Under the pieces are notes generated by a model. It did not search any database, was not told the origin of the DNA, and saw only the letters and a list, made by a program, of their open reading frames with translations. A stretch of 64,000 bases of DNA from positions 156,325 through 220,324 of the forward strand of contig JAGXBC010000003.1 of the NCBI GenBank assembly GCA_018971305.1, given 5' to 3'. Numbering within the stretch: the stretch's first letter is position 1; each line of letters begins with the position of its first letter. This DNA comes from Patescibacteria group bacterium (GTDB lineage Bacteria; Patescibacteriota; Minisyncoccia; UBA6257; 2-01-FULL-56-20). Made by a program: the position numbers and the translations under genes. Shown here piece after piece: positions 19,293 to 28,958 of the stretch.

Positions 19293-19321
19293 ATTATAGT
19301 GGCGTAAATACCATATGTCAA
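19293..19321 (-). promoter_or_regulatory. Perfect-consensus sigma70 promoter for the STAS gene
   Basis: TTGACA (19321-19316), 17-nt spacer, TATAAT (19298-19293). Confidence 0.85.
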
Positions 19322-19368
19322 TAGTATTTTATTCTGTTACAATCTTAAAAAGAGCTGCTGATTATTTA

Positions 19369-20409
19369 ATGTCCATAAAAATATTTACCAAACTTTTTTC
19401 ATGTCTGGCGATAATTGCCCTGCTCGGCAATATCGTTCCGGCGAACGTCCGGGCCGCAACGACAGCCGCACCTTTTAAATACACGCGCATTTTTTATTTT
19501 CGGGATAATGCCTTGGCCCGGCAATCTCTATATTCCTATTATAAATTCATAGATGTGCTTGCGCCGCAGTCTTATTCTTTTGACAGCACCGGGAAGCTCG
19601 TTGACGATATGAATCCAACCGTCTTGGATTTTGCCAAACAGCACAACATAAAAGTGATGCCGCTCGTAACGAACGGTAAGTTCAGCCAAGACGGATATCA
19701 TTCAATACTTGACGATAAGCCCGCGGAAGACGCGGCTATCGCTTCGCTCGTTACCGAGGCGCAAAAAGAAGGTTACTGGGGTTGGCAGATAGATTTTGAA
19801 CAGATGGATGCGTCGTATCGCGATAAGTTTTCGGCATTCGTGAAGAATGCAGCGGATGCAATGAAGCAGAACGGGCTTGTTCTCAGTGTTGCGGTCGTGG
19901 CGAAAGTTTCCGACAACCCGGCAGACTACCCGAATAATCTCTGGCAAAATTTGATCGGTGTCTACGATTATGCGTCTCTCGCTACCAGCACCGACTTCAT
20001 AAGCTTAATGTCTTACGACGATCCGAACTCCAAGGGTCCGGTAGTGCAATATTCCTGGCTGAAACAAGTTTTGGATTACGCTTTGAAATTCATTCCAAAC
20101 GACAAGTTGTCGCTAGGCATCCCTCTCTATTATTGGCAGTGGAATGATGTGACGGGAAAGCGCATCGGTATCGGCGGCCGGGACGGCATTTACTCCGCTT
20201 TCAAAAAACATTACATTACCGTCCATTACAGCGCCAAACACGAGGCGCCATATCTCACCTACTGGAGTTATTCAAAGTCGTACACCATCTGGTACGAGAA
20301 CGCCCAGAGCGTTAAAGCGAAAGTAGCTCTTATAAAAAAATATAAGCTCTACGGTTTCTCGGCTTGGGCGCTAGGACTCGAGCTTCCGAGTATTTACAAT
20401 TCTATTTAA
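19369..20409 (+). CDS. Glycoside hydrolase family 18 protein (YdhD/SleL-like), secreted
   Basis: Signal peptide, GWQIDFE, MSYD, LGIPLY, WYEN..S, G.SAWALG.E. Confidence 0.9.
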   Translation: MSIKIFTKLFSCLAIIALLGNIVPANVRAATTAAPFKYTRIFYFRDNALARQSLYSYYKFIDVLAPQSYSFDSTGKLVDDMNPTVLDFAKQHNIKVMPLVTNGKFSQDGYHSILDDKPAEDAAIASLVTEAQKEGYWGWQIDFEQMDASYRDKFSAFVKNAADAMKQNGLVLSVAVVAKVSDNPADYPNNLWQNLIGVYDYASLATSTDFISLMSYDDPNSKGPVVQYSWLKQVLDYALKFIPNDKLSLGIPLYYWQWNDVTGKRIGIGGRDGIYSAFKKHYITVHYSAKHEAPYLTYWSYSKSYTIWYENAQSVKAKVALIKKYKLYGFSAWALGLELPSIYNSI

Positions 20410-20616
20410 ATACATGGAAAAAGCCGTAGCCGCACTCAAATTTTACTACCTTGCCTTTGTCCAGAATATAGGCGCGGTCAACTATCTCTAAAAGCGACTT
20501 GAACGCGCCAGTTAAAAATTAAAACCCGACCAAGAAAAAAAATTGGCCGGGCTTTTTTATATTCAATTTTATAAATAGTGGTTTTATCCTCTTCCATAGT
20601 ATAGTATTAGAGACCA

Positions 20617-21579
20617 ATGCTTATTGATGATATAAAAATTAAAGTCGTGGCGGGCAAGGGCGGAAAAGGAGCCGTGGCTTTTAATAAGAATCTTAACAGC
20701 CTCGGGCCGGCTGGAGCTTCTGGCGGCAAGGGCGGGAGCATATATGGCGTGGGAACGTCGGACATAAGCGCGCTTAACCAGTTCCGCTTTAAAAAAGAGT
20801 TCCTGGCCGAGAATGGTGGAGAAGGCCGAAGCCAGTTCCGCGACGGCAAAGACGGCAAGGACTTGATACTTTTATTGCCTGTAGGGACCGTTATCCATAA
20901 TCTCACGACCAAGAGCGACGTTTCGGTTGAAAAAATCGGAGAACGTATTCTTATCGCCCTCGGCGGCATCGGCGGTAGAGGCAATTTCCATTTCCGTTCT
21001 TCAACAAATACAACGCCAAAGCAATTTCAGGGCGGCCGTCCAGGCGAAGCATTCGAACTGCGGTTAGAACTGAAGCTCATCGCCGATGTCGGTTTTGTTG
21101 GTTTTCCTAATGCCGGGAAATCCAGCATGTTAAATTGCCTTACGAACGCGAACAGTAAGGTGGCGAACTACCCCTTTACGACCCTTGAGCCTAATCTCGG
21201 AGTTTATTACGAACTTATTCTTGCCGATATTCCGGGATTGATCGAGGGCTCGTCTTCCGGCAAGGGTTTGGGAATAAAATTTTTGCGCCACGTGGAACGG
21301 ACAAAAATTCTCTTTCACTTCGTTTCTTCCGAATCGCTTGATCCGGAAAAGGATTATAAAACTATTCGCAAAGAATTAGGCGTATACAATAAAGAGCTTT
21401 TGGAGAAACCGGAATATCTTTTTCTTTCCAAGAGCGACTTGGCTGAGAAGACCGAACTCAAAGAAAAATCGGAAATATTGCGGCATCTAAACCCAAAAAT
21501 GACCGTGGTATCCATAAAAGATGCGGAGAGTATTAAAAAGGTGGAGAGGTTACTGAATAAAATTAAAGCGGAAAAATAA
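20617..21579 (+). CDS. obgE: GTPase Obg/CgtA (no C-terminal OCT domain)
   Basis: Gly-rich Obg fold, GFPNAGKS, YPFTTL.P, DIPGLIEG, FLRHVERT. Confidence 0.96.
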   Translation: MLIDDIKIKVVAGKGGKGAVAFNKNLNSLGPAGASGGKGGSIYGVGTSDISALNQFRFKKEFLAENGGEGRSQFRDGKDGKDLILLLPVGTVIHNLTTKSDVSVEKIGERILIALGGIGGRGNFHFRSSTNTTPKQFQGGRPGEAFELRLELKLIADVGFVGFPNAGKSSMLNCLTNANSKVANYPFTTLEPNLGVYYELILADIPGLIEGSSSGKGLGIKFLRHVERTKILFHFVSSESLDPEKDYKTIRKELGVYNKELLEKPEYLFLSKSDLAEKTELKEKSEILRHLNPKMTVVSIKDAESIKKVERLLNKIKAEK

Positions 21580-21580
21580 C

Positions 21581-23026
21581 ATGGGCGAAGTAATTCTTAG
21601 ATTCAACAAGGTTTCTTTTGAGTATGACCGCAAGCCGATTCTTCTTGAGGCGGATTTTTCCGTGCGCGAGGGTTCAAAGATAACTCTTATGGGCCAAAAC
21701 GGAGCCGGGAAAACGACCATCTTCCAATTAATAATGAACACCATAAAACCGGAGGCCGGAGCGATCAACATCTCCGAGAAAGCAACAATAGCGACCGCTA
21801 GGCAGGTAATCCCCCGCGAACAGATGACGCTCACCGTAAAAGAATTCTTTGAGACCGCCTTCAAACAGAAAATATATGATATTGAACCGCGCATCAAAAA
21901 GATTCTGGACGTTGTGCATCTCTCTGTTCCTATTACGAGGACGCTGAAAACGCTTTCCGGCGGCCAACAGGCGCGCCTACTTCTCGCCCAGGCCTTAATA
22001 CAAAACCCCGACATACTTCTATTGGACGAACCGACCAACAATCTAGACAAGCAGGGCATCGCACACTTAAAACAATTCCTCATTGACTACCCCAAAACTT
22101 GCATCGTTATTTCCCACGACGCCGAGTTCCTTAACTCTTTTACGCACGGAGTGCTCTACCTGGATGTTTTTACCCACAAAGTTGAACAGTACACCGGCGA
22201 CTATTTTGACGTGGTAAAAGAAATCCAGGCCCGTCTTGAGCGCGAAAGAATGAAAAATGTCCGGTTAGAAAAAGATATAGAACATCGCAAAGAACAAGCC
22301 GGATTTTTCGCGCAAAAAGGCGGCCACATGCGCGACGTCGCCCGCAAAATGAAAGAGAAAATAGAGGAACTTGAGGGCGATGTTGTGGAAGTGCGCCGCG
22401 AGGATAAAACCATCAGAAATTTCACTATCCCCTGCCAGGAAGATATAAGCGGAAAAATTCTGGAATTAAAATCGGTTTCAATAATGAATTTACATAAACC
22501 CGTTGTAAAAAATGTTAACGTAATCCTCAAGAAAAAAGAGCGCCTGCTTCTCGCCGGTCCGAACGGCATAGGCAAGACCACGCTCTTGGAAAAACTCGCA
22601 ACTGGCCACGCGCAGGGTGAAAATATCACTCCCGGCGTGCGTATCGGCTACTATCGGCAGGATTTTTCCATCTTGAATTTTGAGGAAACTGTTTATAGGG
22701 CTCTCGCGGACGTCGTGCGCGACGGAACAGAACAGGAACTCCGCTCTTGCGCCGCCGGATTTCTTTTGGACTCGGATATTTTAAAAACAAAGATCGGTTC
22801 GCTTTCGGAGGGTCAGAAAGGGCTCGTTGCCTTCGCGCGGCTCGTACTCTTAAAACCCGGTCTTTTGATCTTGGACGAACCGACGAACCACATAAACTTC
22901 CGTCATATTCCGGTTATCGCGAAAGCATTGGACCATTACGAAGGCGCAATGATATTAGTGAGCCACGTTCCCGACTTCGTTAAACAGATAAAAATAAATT
23001 ACACGCTGGACTTGGAGACTTTATAA
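21581..23026 (+). CDS. ABC-F family ATP-binding protein
   Basis: Two NBDs (GQNGAGKT/LSGGQ/LDEPTN and GPNGIGKT/LSEGQ/LDEPTN) with linker, no TM segments. Confidence 0.93.
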   Translation: MGEVILRFNKVSFEYDRKPILLEADFSVREGSKITLMGQNGAGKTTIFQLIMNTIKPEAGAINISEKATIATARQVIPREQMTLTVKEFFETAFKQKIYDIEPRIKKILDVVHLSVPITRTLKTLSGGQQARLLLAQALIQNPDILLLDEPTNNLDKQGIAHLKQFLIDYPKTCIVISHDAEFLNSFTHGVLYLDVFTHKVEQYTGDYFDVVKEIQARLERERMKNVRLEKDIEHRKEQAGFFAQKGGHMRDVARKMKEKIEELEGDVVEVRREDKTIRNFTIPCQEDISGKILELKSVSIMNLHKPVVKNVNVILKKKERLLLAGPNGIGKTTLLEKLATGHAQGENITPGVRIGYYRQDFSILNFEETVYRALADVVRDGTEQELRSCAAGFLLDSDILKTKIGSLSEGQKGLVAFARLVLLKPGLLILDEPTNHINFRHIPVIAKALDHYEGAMILVSHVPDFVKQIKINYTLDLETL

Positions 23027-23132
23027 ATATAAGATAATAGAATATTGCCGTTTAAATCCTATCTATTGCTTGCGTTATATTTTGCCATTTGTTAGATTAT
23101 TTACAGGATAAATTTAACTATTGGAGGTAATT

Positions 23133-23345
23133 ATGGCTGCTAATGGTTGGAAAACAACACGACCGCCAAAAAGGAAGGTAAGGCCAGTAAAGTTGCGCTA
23201 TCGAAATATCCAAATGGGTGTTGGGGTTTCCAGGGGAGACTTTGTTTGGAGCGACAGAGAAAATGCATTCCTTGAGGTCATTGAAGGACCGGACGGAATT
23301 GGTCTATATAAAGATGATGGCTGGGAAATCTTGGGGTGGAGGTAG
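23133..23345 (+). CDS. Small orphan, phage-like protein (standalone SD-led unit)
   Basis: TTGCGT(23070)-17-TAGATT, GGAGG SD, terminator AGCGGA..TCCGCT-T-run at 23363-23396; ends in ILGWR. Confidence 0.7.
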   Translation: MAANGWKTTRPPKRKVRPVKLRYRNIQMGVGVSRGDFVWSDRENAFLEVIEGPDGIGLYKDDGWEILGWR

Positions 23346-23446
23346 TAATACTGAAACATCGTAGCGGAGAGATAACATCAATCCGCTTTTTTATTTAACG
23401 GTAGCTTGCCCCCGTTCGCGGTCTTCGGAGTTTTGGCTTGGTAACC

Positions 23447-24703
23447 TCAATATCTCTTCCCCTGCGGCGGCCTTCGTCCATAACCTTGGCGCGGAGGCCT
23501 GTTCCCAAAACTGCTTGAACGTCTGCCTTGGCGAGGACCGCCAAAACGGGAATGAAACGGTGTCCTCTCTAACGGACCCGTTGTACGCGCCGGAGGCATA
23601 TCCGCGGGCAGTGCCGAGAGCGGGAGCGTTGCCTTGATGAGGCGCTCAATGTCGCGTATATCCCCTTTTTGGTCCGGTGTCGCGAAAGAGATCGCGTGGC
23701 CCGCGCCGCCGATACGGCCTGTGCGGCCGATGCGGTGAACGTAATCTTCCGGGCTTGTCGGCAAATCGTAATTCAAGACAAGCTCAATGCCTTTTACGTC
23801 TATGCCGCGAGCGGCAATATCTGTCGCCACAAGCACGCGATATTTGCCGTTGCGGAATCCCTCTAGTGCCTCTTTACGCTGACTCAAAGACCTGTTGGAA
23901 TGAATCTCGGCAGCAGTGTGGCCGATATCTCTGATATGAGCAGCGATACGTTTTGCACCAAATTTCATACGTGTGAAGATTAAAACCGAACCGCGATATT
24001 CTCCCAGAACTTTTTCCAAAAGACGCGGCTTGTCCTGCTTCTGTACGAAGAAAAGCTCTTGAATGACTTTCTCGGCGGTCGTGCCGGACGGAGCGATTTC
24101 CACGCGCGTAGGCAGCTTCATGTACTGCTGGGCTATCGCAACTATATTCTGAGGCATGGTTGCGGAAAATAACATAGTTTGCCGTTCGTGAGGAACGACG
24201 GCGAGAATCCGTTTTAATTGCGGAGCGAAACCCATATCGAGCATTCGGTCGGCTTCATCAAGCACAAGCACGCCTACCGATTTCAAAGAAACCGTTTTTT
24301 GCTCCAGATGGTCTATTATTCTTCCCGGTGTTCCGATTACTATTTGCGGTCCTCTGCGTAGGGCCTGTATCTGGCGTCCGATAGGTTCGCCGCCAATAAG
24401 AACTGCGGCGCGAACGCCGAGAGATGCGCCTATGTCGTGGAACACGCCGCTTATCTGCAGAGCTAGTTCTCTGGTTGGAGCTACAACAAGACCCTGCTTG
24501 CCCCTAAGTACCGCCTGAAGCATCGGTACGCAAAAAGCAATGGTTTTACCAGTACCAGTTTGCGCAATACCGATAAGATCCTTCCCTTCAATCGCTCCAG
24601 GAATAGATTTTTCCTGAATAGGCGTGGGGGTTTTGAAACCCAGCTTATCAAGAACGGCTAGAATATTCGGCGCAATGCCGAGGTTGTAAAAATCAGAGTT
24701 CAC
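23447..24703 (-). CDS. DEAD-box RNA helicase (RhlE-like)
   Basis: Q motif, AQTGTGKT, PTRELA, DEAD, SAT, ARGID, HRIGRTGR; Arg/Gly-rich tail. Confidence 0.96.
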   Translation of the reverse strand: MNSDFYNLGIAPNILAVLDKLGFKTPTPIQEKSIPGAIEGKDLIGIAQTGTGKTIAFCVPMLQAVLRGKQGLVVAPTRELALQISGVFHDIGASLGVRAAVLIGGEPIGRQIQALRRGPQIVIGTPGRIIDHLEQKTVSLKSVGVLVLDEADRMLDMGFAPQLKRILAVVPHERQTMLFSATMPQNIVAIAQQYMKLPTRVEIAPSGTTAEKVIQELFFVQKQDKPRLLEKVLGEYRGSVLIFTRMKFGAKRIAAHIRDIGHTAAEIHSNRSLSQRKEALEGFRNGKYRVLVATDIAARGIDVKGIELVLNYDLPTSPEDYVHRIGRTGRIGGAGHAISFATPDQKGDIRDIERLIKATLPLSALPADMPPARTTGPLERTPFHSRFGGPRQGRRSSSFGNRPPRQGYGRRPPQGKRY

Positions 24704-24719
24704 TTTTTTATTAAATTAT

Positions 24720-25127
24720 TTAGGCGACAGAAGTTTGCGTTCTTAACCTATCGTAAATTACCTGAGCTAATTTTCTTGACGCCTCCCTTTTTTTCCAAAA
24801 AGAATTACTGTCGGAAACGTCGTTGCTCTGTATCCGATTCAGATCTCTAATAACCGAATAGCGCGCGTGGCCCAAGTCGGCGTTAGAGGCCCCGTTTATA
24901 TCTTCCAGTCCTTGATAGATTTGCTTCAAATAATCATACTTGATTGGAATGCCAAGTTCTTGATTTATTTTTAAGCGATAAGAGAGCAGATTGGAAAGTG
25001 ATTGGTTTAATTCGATATACTCAACGAAATCGTGGATAGCGACAAAAAGACCAAAACTGGCCGGCGTTTGCAGGACTTTCTTGAACTTTTTATCCAAATC
25101 TGATTGAGTTTTTGTGAGTGACTTCAT
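24720..25127 (-). CDS. Hypothetical protein
   Basis: Start MKSLTK 8 nt after TGTTAGACT; directly upstream of the helicase. Confidence 0.7.
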   Translation of the reverse strand: MKSLTKTQSDLDKKFKKVLQTPASFGLFVAIHDFVEYIELNQSLSNLLSYRLKINQELGIPIKYDYLKQIYQGLEDINGASNADLGHARYSVIRDLNRIQSNDVSDSNSFWKKREASRKLAQVIYDRLRTQTSVA

Positions 25128-25206
25128 GTAATTGCAGTCTAACATGGTTACGTTAAAATAGCCATTTTTAGCTAATAAAAATCCCGCTTCTCGTGAAAGC
25201 GGGTTG

Positions 25207-25530
25207 TTAGTCGGGTTTTTTAAAAAATCTGCCCTTGATAATTTTTTCTGCAATAGAGGCGGTTGGATCAGCGGACTCGCAACTCATTACTGTTTTTGCG
25301 AAACCATAAATTAATTTATTTTCCCTGTTCCCCGGACAATTGCATTTGCTATGGCTTACCATTAAGTTATTCTTCGCTTCTTCCACGAGTATTGCAACTG
25401 ATTTCTTTGTAGGCCGATTATCCGGCTTACCCCCCTTTTTTCTTACGAGGTCAATCTCTTCCGAACTTTCGAAACAGCAGCAAAAACACTGACCGGTTAC
25501 AAAAATACCAGTGCGAAATTCTCCAGCCAT
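25207..25530 (-). CDS. Cys-rich orphan protein (standalone SD-led unit)
   Basis: TTGACC(25594)-17-TAATTT, AGGAGG SD, CCCGCT..AGCGGG hairpin with T-run at about 25177-25205; CFCCC and HSKCNC. Confidence 0.7.
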   Translation of the reverse strand: MAGEFRTGIFVTGQCFCCCFESSEEIDLVRKKGGKPDNRPTKKSVAILVEEAKNNLMVSHSKCNCPGNRENKLIYGFAKTVMSCESADPTASIAEKIIKGRFFKKPD

Positions 25531-25675
25531 AAATGTGACCCCTCCTATAACAATCTACTGTAATAAAATTACTCTTGGCGCAAGAATCGGTCAAGGAAAA
25601 ATCGAATATGATTCCTCGCATAGTGCCTTATTCCGGGTTATTTATTTTTAAGCTTCTAGGGCCTATAATGATTAA

Positions 25676-26833
25676 ATGTTTAATCTTTTAAATGCTTTGC
25701 ACATTGCGGCAGCGAGCGTCACTTCACTTCTTGCTCTCATGGGTAGTGTTTTTGTCCAAAAGAGCGCAACGGTAGTTATGCCTACGCCCCAACCGCAGCT
25801 TGCGGTTATTCAGATAGAATCCTCAACATCAACCGACAATCTATCCTTCGGACAATTGGTTTTGCCGGAGATAAAACCAGGTTTGTTGCCCAAAGTTAAT
25901 AAGCTATCTTTTGTTGCAACTGCAACTTCATCGGTTATTAAAAAAACAACAACTGTCACCCCGCCCGTTCTTACGCAAAAGTCACCAGTGCCAGTCGTCA
26001 TAACGCCACAATGGTTCCTGGATAATACCGTTACGTCTCTAAATCAAAACCTGGATAGCTCTTACCAGTTATCGCTTATAACCACTGTCGGCTCAAAAAA
26101 AATAAATTGGGATTTATATAAAACTTCTGTCGGTGGAGAGAACGGCATACCCGAATTTACGGTTGTTCATTCCTGCGATCCCTTGCCTCTGCCGCCGGAA
26201 TCTCCGGCTGACACGGAAATAAGATTTGATACAAGGTCTCCATATTCCTGCGACATCACTCTTACCGACCAGACTGGACACGTTGTAAGCAAGAGGTTTT
26301 CTTTTACAACTGGTGCGGGGAGATTAGTGGTCTCAACTGCAACTGGTATGGATATCATTCTCAGGGACGATAAAGACGACAACGGCTTCGTTTTTAAAAA
26401 CGACGACAGCAAGGCTATTGCTTTGACCGGCATTACTTTTGACGTTTCTTTCACTGCGCTTACTACTTCAACCCAAGTATCCATCCGCTTTATTGACCCT
26501 AAGAGTGGATATATTCTTGCTGAATATCCCATAAACAATTTGCCGACGAATCCCCTGCTTCCCTACACATATGCCACAATCAACGCCAATGTTGGTCTTA
26601 ATTTTAATATTGACGCCCGCACGCAAAAGATGCTTTTGGTTGAGGCCATAGGAGTTCACAAAACAACCTTTCTCGAAGCAAACCCGGATATTAAAGTAAC
26701 TCTTAAAAAAATAACCACTACAAGCGATGCCAAGCAGTTCTTCGGGAATGCGGTTATTGATTGGTTTTGTCAGGTGGATAAAACTCCCTACGATCAAAGC
26801 GCTCAGAAGCCGAGCAACGTTTGCACCCAATAA
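25676..26833 (+). CDS. Secreted/surface hypothetical protein, Thr/Pro-rich linker and beta-rich domains
   Basis: Hydrophobic N-terminus, two Cys pairs; TATAAT 6 nt before ATG. Confidence 0.75.
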   Translation: MFNLLNALHIAAASVTSLLALMGSVFVQKSATVVMPTPQPQLAVIQIESSTSTDNLSFGQLVLPEIKPGLLPKVNKLSFVATATSSVIKKTTTVTPPVLTQKSPVPVVITPQWFLDNTVTSLNQNLDSSYQLSLITTVGSKKINWDLYKTSVGGENGIPEFTVVHSCDPLPLPPESPADTEIRFDTRSPYSCDITLTDQTGHVVSKRFSFTTGAGRLVVSTATGMDIILRDDKDDNGFVFKNDDSKAIALTGITFDVSFTALTTSTQVSIRFIDPKSGYILAEYPINNLPTNPLLPYTYATINANVGLNFNIDARTQKMLLVEAIGVHKTTFLEANPDIKVTLKKITTTSDAKQFFGNAVIDWFCQVDKTPYDQSAQKPSNVCTQ

Positions 26834-26838
26834 AATTT

Positions 26839-27309
26839 CTATAGAGCAGCGAGGTCGGGGCTTTCCAAGATAACTATTTTTGCACGGGTTATTCCGAATC
26901 TTAACGCCTGCGCCCTGCTCGGCATCCATATATCAACGTTATCTGTTTTTCTCCTGTTCATCCTATCCTCCACGGTAAAAATCTTATCTCCGAAAATATC
27001 GGGGATTTTTATTTCCGTTCCGAAGGGCAGAAGATTCGTGGCGATAACGCCATCATGCACCCTGCTTCCGGAAGCAGTTATGAAGGGCGTATCGTCGGTC
27101 TGATCCGGACTGGAAGAATAGGCCGTAACCCACACCTCCTTTTCCGGCAATTGCGGTAAGTTTAAGCTCGTAATTAGATCTTTAATATCCCCCCGGATCG
27201 TAGAAGTATTGTCTGTAGGCGAATAGGATATTGCAGGGGCAATGACCCTTATTTGGGCGTTATTAACCCCCGAAATCAGGGTGATAGCTAATATAAGACT
27301 TATAGGCAT
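26839..27309 (-). CDS. 3D domain protein (MltA-like lytic transglycosylase domain)
   Basis: TAYSS...QTD.TP.ITASG, LPFGT, VEDRM, VDIW, A..FG. Confidence 0.9.
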   Translation of the reverse strand: MPISLILAITLISGVNNAQIRVIAPAISYSPTDNTSTIRGDIKDLITSLNLPQLPEKEVWVTAYSSSPDQTDDTPFITASGSRVHDGVIATNLLPFGTEIKIPDIFGDKIFTVEDRMNRRKTDNVDIWMPSRAQALRFGITRAKIVILESPDLAAL

Positions 27310-27321
27310 GGTTTTTGCAAT

Positions 27322-27389
27322 AAAAAAGCCCCTCACGGGGTATCATTTTTATTTGGGTATATACTATACCATCTCGATAAATTTGTCAA
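27322..27389 (-). promoter_or_regulatory. Promoter plus terminator-like hairpin in the 3D-gene leader
   Basis: TTGACA-17-TAGTAT, then ACCCC-GTGA-GGGGC-TTTTTT ending 12 nt before ATG. Confidence 0.55.
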
Positions 27390-27464
27390 ATGCCAAAAAC
27401 TTGAAGTTTTGGAGCCTATTTGCTAGGATAGCGACAGCTATTCATCAAGTTTTAAGGGGTAAAA

Positions 27465-27812
27465 ATGCCCAACAAGTCAGAGGTTATTCTAAGGCATGAA
27501 AAAATCTGGTCTATCGGAAAAATTTACCGATTGCTTATCGGATTCGGAATGAAAGGGATGAAATTCGAAAAAAATGATAACAACGGCAGTTTCTTCGGCA
27601 GATTCAAATACGAAGAAGGAGACGTTGAGATAGTTGTTGCCAGATCAATGAGGCGGACCGACCCCGGCATTGAAAAAGGCACCCTCGTTAGAATTTCCGG
27701 AGAGTTTTCCCAAACCAACAGACTGGCACGAAAATTCCTTGACGAACCACACCCTGTAAAATGGTTGGTTGTGGTAAGGTCCTTCACTAAAACAAATTCG
27801 CTGAGCTATTAG
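27465..27812 (+). CDS. Orphan protein (standalone SD-led unit)
   Basis: TTGAAG(27401)-17-TAGGAT, AAGGGG SD, hairpin with T-run at 27794-27835. Confidence 0.7.
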   Translation: MPNKSEVILRHEKIWSIGKIYRLLIGFGMKGMKFEKNDNNGSFFGRFKYEEGDVEIVVARSMRRTDPGIEKGTLVRISGEFSQTNRLARKFLDEPHPVKWLVVVRSFTKTNSLSY

Positions 27813-27844
27813 GCTCGAGCGAATTTTTATTTTTTCCGATTATA

Positions 27845-28564
27845 TTAAAAGTTCAAATATGTCTGCCATTTTTCGTACAAATCTTTAGTGGCACGCAAGT
27901 CGCCAACGTTATACTTGGCAATATCTAAAAATCTTTTCTCTTTAAAAAGGCGGCTGACGTCATCTCCTGTAACTCCGCTGGCCTTGGGGCTTTCTATGCC
28001 GAAAGCTCGGCTCCAGAGATGCAGTCCCCCTTTGCGGCGGACGGCTCCATAGAAAGTAAGCTGGTCAAAGAGGTCAATATGTAGGGCGTCAAAATTTTGT
28101 TGAGATAAATATCTGCCGCGCATCAAGTCTTTTGTGGGTCTAATGCCGTGAATTGCGGAACGGATCATCAAAAATGGCATATCGAACCCCCGGCCGTTGA
28201 AGGTTATGAATTGCTGATATTTTTGCGCCCCATCCCAGAATTTTTGGAGCATTTCTTTCTCCGGCATCGCCTTGAACGTTATTCCGTCTTCCGAGGATTC
28301 GTTTATTTTTTCTCCTGGTGCTTGGTAATAGACCACGCCCTCGTTCTTATGATAATCTAAAACGCCTATGGCCACGATTTCTCCGGTGAGCGGGGAAAAA
28401 CCCAGACCCTGCTTCAAATCATCCAGTGCCGCCTTATAATCTTCTTCATCGGCAGATTCTTTTTTAATCCAGCGGGTCAGGACCTCCTGGGTCGCTTCGT
28501 CCAGGGAGTTGAAGTCTTCGCCTACGGTTTCAATGTCTATTATGAGTTTATTGGCATTTGACAT
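27845..28564 (-). CDS. PolB-type 3'-5' exonuclease-like (DEDD/RNase H-like) protein
   Basis: IIDIET, TFNGRGFD.PFL, HIDL, YN.GD. Confidence 0.88.
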   Translation of the reverse strand: MSNANKLIIDIETVGEDFNSLDEATQEVLTRWIKKESADEEDYKAALDDLKQGLGFSPLTGEIVAIGVLDYHKNEGVVYYQAPGEKINESSEDGITFKAMPEKEMLQKFWDGAQKYQQFITFNGRGFDMPFLMIRSAIHGIRPTKDLMRGRYLSQQNFDALHIDLFDQLTFYGAVRRKGGLHLWSRAFGIESPKASGVTGDDVSRLFKEKRFLDIAKYNVGDLRATKDLYEKWQTYLNF

Positions 28565-28611
28565 TAGGTATATTTTAGCATAAACTTATACAAATTATTA
28601 AGTAATCAACT

Positions 28612-28884
28612 ATGGCGCATACAAAAGCAATAGGTTCAACAAAACTCGGACGCGATTCCATATCTAAGCGTCTTGGGGTTAAGATTCAAAATGGCCAGAA
28701 GGCAGGAGCCGGGCAAATTATAATCCGCCAGCGGGGAACTAAATATCTCCCGGGCGTGAACGTTATCCGCGCAGGCGACGACACGCTTTACGCAAAAACT
28801 GACGGCGTAGTTAAGTTTTTCTCCAAAACAAAAACTCGCTTTGACGGCAACAAACGCAAAGCTACGGTTGTGGCAGTACAATAA
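28612..28884 (+). CDS. rpmA: 50S ribosomal protein L27
   Basis: MAHTK..GST.LGRDS.SKRLGVK, RQRGT, DDTL. Confidence 0.97.
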   Translation: MAHTKAIGSTKLGRDSISKRLGVKIQNGQKAGAGQIIIRQRGTKYLPGVNVIRAGDDTLYAKTDGVVKFFSKTKTRFDGNKRKATVVAVQ

Positions 28885-28900
28885 CGAATCTTCTTTAATA

Positions 28901-28932
28901 AAATATCCCCGTAGAATTACGGGGTTATTTTA
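28901..28932. terminator. Bidirectional terminator between rpmA and rplI
   Basis: CCCCGTA-GAAT-TACGGGG with A/T flanks. Confidence 0.8.
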
Positions 28933-28958
28933 TCCTGCACGAAATATATTTACTCACT

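Noticed and set aside
20414-20491. 25-codon ORF MEKAVAALKFYY before a hairpin
   Set aside because: No promoter or SD support; the hairpin is explained as the GH18 terminator.
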